A stretch of DNA of 64,000 bases, taken from a virus (Duplodnaviria > Caudoviricetes). The notes beneath the pieces are model-generated. The model was not told the origin of the DNA, did no database searches, and was given only the letters and a program-made list of their open reading frames with translations. Numbering within the stretch: the first letter of the stretch is position 1; the number at the start of each line of letters is the position of its first letter. Shown in pieces: positions 28,443-36,790 of this stretch. Position numbers and translations under genes: made by a program. Location of the stretch: the IMG/VR virus record IMGVR_UViG_3300028591_000073, positions 192,001-256,000 of that record; one strand, written 5' to 3'.

Positions 28443-30218
28443 ATGAGTATTACAATTAATGAAGCAGAAATGATGGGTCAAGGTAAAATGGTGTATGATT
28501 ATACTTCCTTTAGTCACGATAACCATGTGAATGTTATTACGGAACAAGCATTCAAAAAGCTCGTGACAGACACATTCAAAACCATTGTGTATGTTCTCAA
28601 AGAAACCTATGGACCATATGGTTCCAGTATCATGATTTCTGAAAACAATGAAACGACTGCAACGAAAGATGGTTATAACATTTATAATGCACTTGGTTTC
28701 TCTCACCAGTACAAGAAGATGGTATATCTCGCCATCAAGAATATCATTGAAAGAGTCAACAATAATGTCGGCGATGGCACAACCTCTTGCATTTTGTTGG
28801 CTGAAAAGATTTTCAATAAGTTGAATGTACTGGTACAGACATCAGAAGATAAAAGAAATATAAAAGACATTCTTGACCTGATTGAAGAAAATCTTTTTTC
28901 TTCTACCAAACTTGCTGTTGACAAGGGTAAAGATGGACCCATCAAACCTCTCACGGAAGGTTCTTTATATGCATTGCTGATGGTGGCTGCAAACTATGAT
29001 GGGGAGCTCGTGGATTATTTGGTAGATGCACTTTGTCCAGTTTGTCAAGATATCAATGACCCTCGTACACCAATTGTTTCCATGAATAATGTCATCGTGG
29101 ATTCTGAAAAGATGTATGAATCATCTTCTACCACATACAAGGTACAAACATTACCTGGCGATTATCGTATCCGCATTAACATGGATGAAACATTCGCATT
29201 GTCTATTGAGAATAAAACCAAGATGAAAGTTGTATTATACGACCACACATTTGGTGAATCTGAATGGACAAATCTGATGGCAGGAATTGGTGAAGGAAAT
29301 GATGAAAACATCATGATTATTGCCCGCACTTTCTCTGCATCCTTCATGAATAATATGTGGGTTCGTTATTGTGGTAAACGTGCAATGGTAAAAGCAAGTG
29401 TTCCGATTTATCTCGTGGAAGTAGACTCTGGATATTTCCAAGATGAAATTCATGACTTGGCTGCTGTGTTGAAAACAAAATCACATACCATTCACGATTT
29501 GCAAATCAAGAAGGATGAACTTTCCGAAGTAGAACTATCCGTTTATAATTACAATTGTCTGGCATTCTATGGAGTAGAATCTCCCGAGGAATATGTGGAT
29601 GTGCTCCAAATTAAATATGCCAATGAAAAGAGTTATGCAAAAAGAACATTGTTGAGTGACCGTATCAAAGCATTGCAGATGAAGTCCAAGGATTCTATTA
29701 TCACAGTACGTGCGGAATCCACACTGGAACAGAAACTGTTATCTGATAAACTGGATGACTGTATCGCCATTGCAAAATCCGCATTGGAATACGGTGTGGT
29801 TCCAAACATGCTTTGGTACGGATATCAGCGTATCATCAGATTGAATGATGAAGAAGACCACAAAATTCCATTGACATATAAGATTCTCGATGCAATTGCT
29901 GGAAGTATTAAAGAACTCGCAGATGATATCTGGTATTCGAAACACAATAAACCAACCGATGTAGAGATGGTAGAATGGAATGCAAAGAGAAATTCTTTTT
30001 ATGAAAAGATGATTGAAGGAGAATCTTCTTATGATATCATCAATGATGAATTTACAGATATGAGAACACTTCCGACATCAGCGCAGTATGACATGGAAAT
30101 TATTGTGGCATCTATTTCCATCGTCAAGTATATCCTTTCTGCTCGTGCACTTATCTTTGATGCACATCTCATGCGTCCTCAGGGTGACGAAGGTCATTTT
30201 CAATTTAACGGCGATTAA
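28443..30218 (+). CDS. groEL: phage-encoded GroEL-like chaperonin
   Basis: TYGPYG, ATKDGY, GDGTTS nucleotide-binding motif, GVVP; 591 aa. Confidence 0.9.
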   Translation: MSITINEAEMMGQGKMVYDYTSFSHDNHVNVITEQAFKKLVTDTFKTIVYVLKETYGPYGSSIMISENNETTATKDGYNIYNALGFSHQYKKMVYLAIKNIIERVNNNVGDGTTSCILLAEKIFNKLNVLVQTSEDKRNIKDILDLIEENLFSSTKLAVDKGKDGPIKPLTEGSLYALLMVAANYDGELVDYLVDALCPVCQDINDPRTPIVSMNNVIVDSEKMYESSSTTYKVQTLPGDYRIRINMDETFALSIENKTKMKVVLYDHTFGESEWTNLMAGIGEGNDENIMIIARTFSASFMNNMWVRYCGKRAMVKASVPIYLVEVDSGYFQDEIHDLAAVLKTKSHTIHDLQIKKDELSEVELSVYNYNCLAFYGVESPEEYVDVLQIKYANEKSYAKRTLLSDRIKALQMKSKDSIITVRAESTLEQKLLSDKLDDCIAIAKSALEYGVVPNMLWYGYQRIIRLNDEEDHKIPLTYKILDAIAGSIKELADDIWYSKHNKPTDVEMVEWNAKRNSFYEKMIEGESSYDIINDEFTDMRTLPTSAQYDMEIIVASISIVKYILSARALIFDAHLMRPQGDEGHFQFNGD

Positions 30219-30318
30219 TATGTATATGATTAATGTGAATGGGCGGGTTATCCCGCCCAACATTAATTCAACTAACTTTTTGACGAAAGTTTAGAATACG
30301 AATTGGAGATGAAAAGCC

Positions 30319-31812
30319 ATGAAGCAATTGAAGTCAAATATTTATAAACACATCTGTTCTATCTTAGCATCTGATAAAGCAGATTTAAAGAGCTCTCAGA
30401 ATCAAGTGTTATTCTCAAGAGTCATTTCGGAATATCCATCAAAGTCAGTGCATTGTTTATCAGCACATCGATTACTATCTTTCTATGAGAGAAATGTGAA
30501 TAGTGTTTCACTTATCTTGGAGATTATGAAAGATGAAGGGGAAGACGAAGAGATTATTGAGAATATTAAATTCTTACGTGAGAATCCCAGTATCAAAGGA
30601 CAATCTGAAGTCACAAGTCTGTGTGTTATTTTAGCTGACTATGTCAAGTATGCAAAGATATTAAAGGTGAAGAATTCTTTCATTCAAGCAATGGATATGT
30701 TGGATGATGATGAAGCACCTATCAAAGAAACGGTTGACACATTGTACAAGATGTCCAATGATATCATGAACGCATACAATATTGCCAATGTGACAGCCAC
30801 ACAACATACGTTTGATACAAATGACAAGGATGCCATGAAAACAGTAATTGCATCCACATTGGATGCACGTTCAGCTGATAAATGTATCATCACATCCATT
30901 CGAGCTTTAAACCAAATCTTATCACCCGGATATTTGTCTGGATGTTTGTATGTGTATGCGGGATTGCCTGGTAACTACAAATCGGGCATTCTGTTACAAT
31001 CTCATGTGGACACGTGTCGATATAATGAACATCTAAAGAATGTCACACATGGAAAGACACCAATCTCCATTTATATCTCAATGGAAAATACCATGGAACA
31101 GACAGTTCGAAGATTGTGGAGTCTGTTGTTTCCTATGGCTGATATGAATAATTTCTCTGTTGATGAAATTTGTGAGATGATTAATAGTACCTTAACGGAA
31201 AAGGGAATCAGAAGTGTCTTGCTGTATTATGGATATCGAGAGAAGTCCACTGCAGATATTGCGAATATCATTCGTTCATTTAATACAGAAAACACGGAAG
31301 TTGTGGCATTGTACTTCGATTATATCAAGCGAATCAGAAGTGCTCGTACAGATGCAGCTGCAACATCATCTGAAAAGAGTGAATTGCATGCGATTATGAA
31401 TGAATTCAAATTGATTGCTGTTCAATTTAATATCCCAATTGTAACAGGACACCAGCTCAATAGAGTCGCTGCACAAGCAGTTGATGATGCGACTTCTCAT
31501 GGAAATTATGATAAGTCAGCAGAAGTGCTTGGACGTTCTCAAGTTGGTACCGCATTTGAAGTACTTGAAGTATGTGACTTCTTGGGTTTAATCAACATTG
31601 AGAATGCTGGTGATAATAAGTATCTGATGATTAAAGCAGGTAAGCAAAGAGACAAGCAAGGTTCTTCATCAGACCAAGAAATCAATGCCATTCGTCATCC
31701 ATTCTTATCGGTAGATTCCTTTGCATTAAAGCCAGATATCATGGAAAACTGCTCTTTGTCCATTCCAATCTTCTTTGGTAGACAAATGCAAAACTTTGTT
31801 ACAAATATCTGA
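30319..31812 (+). CDS. dnaB: DnaB-like replicative helicase
   Basis: Walker A GLPGNYKS, YISMEN, Walker B YFDYI, IPIVTGHQLNR, KQR finger. Confidence 0.85.
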   Translation: MKQLKSNIYKHICSILASDKADLKSSQNQVLFSRVISEYPSKSVHCLSAHRLLSFYERNVNSVSLILEIMKDEGEDEEIIENIKFLRENPSIKGQSEVTSLCVILADYVKYAKILKVKNSFIQAMDMLDDDEAPIKETVDTLYKMSNDIMNAYNIANVTATQHTFDTNDKDAMKTVIASTLDARSADKCIITSIRALNQILSPGYLSGCLYVYAGLPGNYKSGILLQSHVDTCRYNEHLKNVTHGKTPISIYISMENTMEQTVRRLWSLLFPMADMNNFSVDEICEMINSTLTEKGIRSVLLYYGYREKSTADIANIIRSFNTENTEVVALYFDYIKRIRSARTDAAATSSEKSELHAIMNEFKLIAVQFNIPIVTGHQLNRVAAQAVDDATSHGNYDKSAEVLGRSQVGTAFEVLEVCDFLGLINIENAGDNKYLMIKAGKQRDKQGSSSDQEINAIRHPFLSVDSFALKPDIMENCSLSIPIFFGRQMQNFVTNI

Positions 31813-31908
31813 AAATAATTATTTTCGGTATATGTATAATTAAATTGAGAAGAACCCATACCATGGGATACTCTTCTCAAAAATATTATTTTAAGGAGGG
31901 CTCGCTTT

Positions 31909-32577
31909 ATGAGCATCTTACAACTTCAATCACGGGTGTTAGGTCCGGACACCAACGTGGATTATTCCACAATCATCATGCAGTCGTATCCTGCATTTGC
32001 GATTCAGACACAACCGTTTGTTGGGTTCAAAATCAAATGCCGTGATACACAAGCCGGTCGTATGTATGGACAGCAGGAAGCCAGGGTTAGACAGATTGAC
32101 CAGTTCCTGAATCCACCGCCGAATGCGTATGGACAGCAGCTTCCCATGCCTCTTGCAGGTAGCGGTTGTATCTTGAGAGCGACACATTTCCAGATGCCGG
32201 ATGGGATTTGGGTGATTACAATGCCATCACCCGTTCGCTATCTGAAAGATGAATTGGACAGACTGTTCAAGGTATTGCAGTTATTGGAACAGAGACTTGG
32301 TATTGTATTAACAGGAGAAGATTATGAGATTAATGTCTCCGGTATTTGTCCTGTTAACAATGTTGAGACCACACTTTCAAAACTGAATATCGGACCAAGT
32401 TATATGAAGATGTTGGAAACACCTTCCAACACACCGTTTAGATATGGACATCTCATCCGTATCAATGACACGTATGCTTGCTTCCGTACAAGATGGAAGC
32501 CCGGTATGCTTTATCCGACAAACCTGTATGAGCTGTTGATGACATTATCGACACTTATTTCAGCCATTTTTCATTAA
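31909..32577 (+). CDS. hypothetical protein
   Basis: RBS AAGGAGG; 222 aa. Confidence 0.8.
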   Translation: MSILQLQSRVLGPDTNVDYSTIIMQSYPAFAIQTQPFVGFKIKCRDTQAGRMYGQQEARVRQIDQFLNPPPNAYGQQLPMPLAGSGCILRATHFQMPDGIWVITMPSPVRYLKDELDRLFKVLQLLEQRLGIVLTGEDYEINVSGICPVNNVETTLSKLNIGPSYMKMLETPSNTPFRYGHLIRINDTYACFRTRWKPGMLYPTNLYELLMTLSTLISAIFH

Positions 32578-32596
32578 TCATAAGGAGGAACTTATC

Positions 32597-33370
32597 ATGA
32601 GTAACTATGTAAATCCGGATTATCCGACAAACGTTGGAAGTTTTGCAACCCACACATACCAGGGTCAGCAGTCATACGGCACACCCGGTATGTTCTATTA
32701 TGGTGGTATGGGTTATGGTACCACAGATGTACGCAGACCTGACGGTATGAGTCAGCCTCAGCCGAATTATGGCACATTCACAAATCCGTATGGTTATAAC
32801 CAGCCGCAGTCCGCACCTCCGCAGTCTCAGATTCCGACAGGTGTTGGACAGATGCTGAGTGTGCAGGAGCAGGGCGTACAACCCTTCTCTTCCTATCCGC
32901 CGAATAATGGAACACCTGGATTCAATCAGTTTATGTATGATGCCAGAAGAGCTGATGCAAATGCTGCACAGGCAGTTGGCAATAATCCGTGGGCACAGAA
33001 TCAGCAGACAACGACACAGCCTACCGCAATGCCTATGACGGCTCCGATGCAGCAGTATCCGAATTGTGGTTATTATACACCTGGATACAATGATGCATCT
33101 GCCATGTATCAGTATTCTGGTTATGGTCAGAATCCATTTGAAAAGAAGCCCGGCGTGAATATGTGGGATAATATGTACACACAACCACAGCCGTATGTAC
33201 AGTCCGCACCAAATCCAATGCAGTGGACATCTCCTCAGCAGACTCAGCCGCAGCAGAATATCTACAATTTCCCTCAGGCAACGCCTGGATATAATCCGCC
33301 TCCTCAGCAGCAGGGAGCTGGTATGACATGGAGACAGATGGCAGAACACAGTTGGGACGGTAAATATTGA
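32597..33370 (+). CDS. prion-like Q/Y/P/G/N-rich disordered protein
   Basis: RBS AAGGAGG; 257 aa almost free of charged and aliphatic residues, with spaced Tyr/Trp/Phe. Confidence 0.8.
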   Translation: MSNYVNPDYPTNVGSFATHTYQGQQSYGTPGMFYYGGMGYGTTDVRRPDGMSQPQPNYGTFTNPYGYNQPQSAPPQSQIPTGVGQMLSVQEQGVQPFSSYPPNNGTPGFNQFMYDARRADANAAQAVGNNPWAQNQQTTTQPTAMPMTAPMQQYPNCGYYTPGYNDASAMYQYSGYGQNPFEKKPGVNMWDNMYTQPQPYVQSAPNPMQWTSPQQTQPQQNIYNFPQATPGYNPPPQQQGAGMTWRQMAEHSWDGKY

Positions 33371-33376
33371 TGACTC

Positions 33377-33408
33377 AATGCGGGAGCATATGCTCCCGCA
33401 TTTTATTT
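33377..33408 (+). terminator. intrinsic terminator (CATATG palindrome)
   Basis: AATGCGGGAGCATATGCTCCCGCATT + T-run. Confidence 0.75.
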
Positions 33409-33429
33409 GTTTGAAGAAAGGGAGTTATC

Positions 33430-34281
33430 ATGGCAGAACAAGAAATGAGAACGTTCCGTTCCAGACTGAACAGTCTACCGTTGGATTTAAAGATAAAGCT
33501 CGGTGAAGTCTCATTTCAATATGGAATGTTACCAACATCCAGAAGAGACAAAATCATCGACTTGTTTAATGAATACCATATAGACTTTAAGAATGTAGGA
33601 ACTGGAACAAATAGGCATATCGTTAGATATGATGGATATGTGATTAAGATAGCATTAGACATGGAAGGTGTTGCAGATAACAAACAAGAATGGGTTATGG
33701 CTGATAAATTAGCACCGCATGTTGCGATGGCAAATGAAATATCACCAGGCGGACATCTGTTGGTTTCAGACTATTGTCCTGCGTTTACCACCTTCTATGA
33801 AATGTGTCTTTATCGTGATTCTATCAGAAAGATATTGGAAGCTTGGAGTAAACAGTTCTTGATTGGTGATGTGGGAATCATTGATAAGAACTATGCAAAC
33901 TGGGGATTGAATGCACAAGGGAAACCCGTGTGTATCGATTATGCATATCTGTTCCCGGTTGGTATGAACATCTTCTCTTGTATTTGTGGAAACCGTGGTA
34001 TGGTTTTGGATGATTCATTCTCCAAATATAAATGTCGTGTATGTGGTAGAACATATCGTGACACGGATTTGAGAATGGCAATCACACAAGAAGACAGATT
34101 AAAGATGTTCCAAAATGTCCAAGGATTGGAAATGAAAGAAGCGGTTGAAAAGCATCCATGTGGTGTCCAATATCGACAGAAGAATTTGAATCCGGATTAT
34201 CCGGATATCTATGAAGTATCAATGGATGTTGCAGAACATCTGTTGGCAACTGGACAAGTTTCGTCGTATTATGATATATGA
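33430..34281 (+). CDS. protein-kinase-like protein with C-terminal zinc ribbon
   Basis: Gly-loop GTGTNR, VIKIA Lys, NKQE Glu, GDV...N catalytic loop, IDYA (DFG-equivalent); CxC...CxxC. Confidence 0.7.
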   Translation: MAEQEMRTFRSRLNSLPLDLKIKLGEVSFQYGMLPTSRRDKIIDLFNEYHIDFKNVGTGTNRHIVRYDGYVIKIALDMEGVADNKQEWVMADKLAPHVAMANEISPGGHLLVSDYCPAFTTFYEMCLYRDSIRKILEAWSKQFLIGDVGIIDKNYANWGLNAQGKPVCIDYAYLFPVGMNIFSCICGNRGMVLDDSFSKYKCRVCGRTYRDTDLRMAITQEDRLKMFQNVQGLEMKEAVEKHPCGVQYRQKNLNPDYPDIYEVSMDVAEHLLATGQVSSYYDI

Positions 34282-34295
34282 AAGGAGAATGTCAT

Positions 34296-35072
34296 ATGCA
34301 TTATTCAAAGTATTTAAGAGGAATTCCGGAACCGGTGGTTGAGCAACCACCGGTACAAACAACGGTAGCATCCGACTTGCAATCCCTTGTTGCAACAGGA
34401 AACAATGTTCCCGTAACCGGTAGTATCAATATGGAATTCAAGGAAATGAGACCGGAAGACATTGTGCTCGCTTCTGTGGATGAAAATCACCCACTGAGTA
34501 TTCAGGTTAACGAACCCATTCCTCCTACAACAACCACACCTACGATACCAGAGAATCCCATTCTTTCCAAGATTGGTAAGATTCTTTCTGTTAGTGACCC
34601 GATTCGTTCAGCCAAGATTTCCAAAACATTGGATATCATTCTCAATGGTTTTGAATCTAATGTGGAACCAGAAATGGCATTGGATGAAGATGAAGCAATG
34701 GAAGTGTTTATGGAATTAAAGAAGTTCCATGACATATATTTCGCTGACATTCCGATGATAGAATCTCCATCACGGATGTTTATATGGAATATTCCTCGCA
34801 AGGTGTATGAAGATATGAAGAGAGCAAAAGAAGAAGGACTTCCGGATTACTGTAATCCATTGCTTCCATTCTACCTGATGATGTCAGAAGAACCCGGGAA
34901 AACAACCGCATATTTTATCAAACGTCTTGGTGACATTCGTTTTGACGAAAGTCCGACCATCTTCAATAAATATGTGCAAGATTATCTGGAATCATTACCC
35001 GAGGAATATGAAGAGGATGATGAATCCGAAGATATCGATTCTCTTTCCCAGTATGAAGACAACAATGATTAA
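34296..35072 (+). CDS. hypothetical protein with acidic tail
   Basis: RBS AAGGAG; Pro/Thr-rich N half. Confidence 0.75.
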   Translation: MHYSKYLRGIPEPVVEQPPVQTTVASDLQSLVATGNNVPVTGSINMEFKEMRPEDIVLASVDENHPLSIQVNEPIPPTTTTPTIPENPILSKIGKILSVSDPIRSAKISKTLDIILNGFESNVEPEMALDEDEAMEVFMELKKFHDIYFADIPMIESPSRMFIWNIPRKVYEDMKRAKEEGLPDYCNPLLPFYLMMSEEPGKTTAYFIKRLGDIRFDESPTIFNKYVQDYLESLPEEYEEDDESEDIDSLSQYEDNND

Positions 35073-35127
35073 TATATCGATGGGCTGGCATTGCCAGCCC
35101 TACAATTAATTTTAGGAGGAAATTATT

Positions 35128-35808
35128 ATGAATGAGCACGTTTACACATATTCCAAGGAGCAACTGAAAAAAGAACTGGACACTTTGTTGTCTGGAGCAC
35201 CTGTATGGATGTTTCCTGAATTATATGAGGATTTAAAGATGTATGAGATGGAGAATGAAATAATTATGAAAAAACAGAAAGGAGATATCGATGAGGGTGA
35301 ACCACAGGAACAGGAAGAAAGTGGTGACAATTATATCAAGATGGATGGAGAGTATCACGAGTTCGAAGGTGGTGCCATTCGTTATACCAAAACTGGTAAA
35401 GGCAAATTCGATTTGATTCCATGGGAGACTGTAAAGCTTGTTACTGACAAAATTGTGGATGATGATTTATACGAAGCTTACACAACAGAAATGGATGTAT
35501 TAGTGGCATTATCCCAGAGAGATGCAATCGAAGTTATCATTGATATCACAGCTGTGAAATATGGTGAAGGGATGTTCTCTGCAGATGCATTTGCATGGAT
35601 GCTCCGTGACTTGGCTGTCCATTATGAAAAGGGAGCTGAGAAATATGGAGTTGATAACTGGAAGAAGGGTATTCCTGCGTCTTCCTTCTGGGATTCTGGT
35701 TGTCGTCACACTTGTCAGTTTATCAATGGATTGGAAGATGAACCGCATTGGATTTCTGCTATTTGGAACATGCTTGGATACCTGTGGACAATAAATAAGA
35801 AAAATTGA
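35128..35808 (+). CDS. dATP/dGTP diphosphohydrolase domain protein (DUF5664-like)
   Basis: FEGGAIR...GKGKFDLIP...GAEKYGVDNWKKGIP...DSGCRH...EPHWISAIWN. Confidence 0.8.
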   Translation: MNEHVYTYSKEQLKKELDTLLSGAPVWMFPELYEDLKMYEMENEIIMKKQKGDIDEGEPQEQEESGDNYIKMDGEYHEFEGGAIRYTKTGKGKFDLIPWETVKLVTDKIVDDDLYEAYTTEMDVLVALSQRDAIEVIIDITAVKYGEGMFSADAFAWMLRDLAVHYEKGAEKYGVDNWKKGIPASSFWDSGCRHTCQFINGLEDEPHWISAIWNMLGYLWTINKKN

Positions 35809-35843
35809 TAAATATATCATTCACGAGAAGGAGAGTGATATTT

Positions 35844-36731
35844 ATGTTTGTCACAAGTAAAAGATGCTTTGTCAATTGTTTGGCACAATTCATGGATTAC
35901 GAACAATTGACAAATGCAAATTATTATGTCATTGATGTATCGGCCGGTGGAAACAGAGTGCAATTCAATAAAGAGGTGGTATATAACAGTGATGGTTCCT
36001 CCTATATCAAAGAGAAACCCGTCATCAATATGCCAAGCATTACCAAATTTCATGTTGTGCTGTCGGAGGGGTGGCTGGACCCCTCCGTCGCCATCATTAA
36101 TACGATTGACAATAACCAGCGAATTAGTCAGTTAAGCAACATGGATAATCTGAAGATATTTCAAGAATATCTGAAGAGACCAGATGTCATTGGAAATGTA
36201 TACGACTGGTTCTATGGTAATAGTCAGAATGCTCCACGTGGGAATGGATTGATGATTGTGGTTATTAACACAGAAGAACATGTTCGTGTATTTGGTCATA
36301 CCATATGTGAATTCTTATCGCAATATCTTGGTGAGGATATTGAATTCGTAGATGCACAAATGCGTCCAGAATGGGTTCCTGGATATCCTCGTTACAAAGG
36401 AAACAAAGAGTTCGCCGAACGGATATTACGTGACCAACGAGATTATCAATTGTTGAAAGAATTCGAAGCAGGAATCTCATTTCGTAATATGGAGAATATC
36501 ACGACTATGGTGAATTTTATGAGTCCACAGAAATTGATGCATCTGTATGAATTGTTGTTTCCCGACCAGCCGTTACCTCCGGGTAACTACACGACAGACC
36601 ATATCAAGAAAATTATCATTGGGAAAACAATGGATATGATGCCGGAACAATCCAAGATTCCCAATATGCATACTTCAAATGCTTATCTTGAATCTTTAGA
36701 TGCGGAGATAAATCGCTTGAATGGTTATTGA
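35844..36731 (+). CDS. hypothetical protein
   Basis: RBS GAAGGAG; about 295 aa. Confidence 0.75.
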   Translation: MFVTSKRCFVNCLAQFMDYEQLTNANYYVIDVSAGGNRVQFNKEVVYNSDGSSYIKEKPVINMPSITKFHVVLSEGWLDPSVAIINTIDNNQRISQLSNMDNLKIFQEYLKRPDVIGNVYDWFYGNSQNAPRGNGLMIVVINTEEHVRVFGHTICEFLSQYLGEDIEFVDAQMRPEWVPGYPRYKGNKEFAERILRDQRDYQLLKEFEAGISFRNMENITTMVNFMSPQKLMHLYELLFPDQPLPPGNYTTDHIKKIIIGKTMDMMPEQSKIPNMHTSNAYLESLDAEINRLNGY

Positions 36732-36790
36732 TGTTGCATGTAGTGGGGGCATATGCCCCCACAATATTTTTTTATTTTGGAAGTGATATC

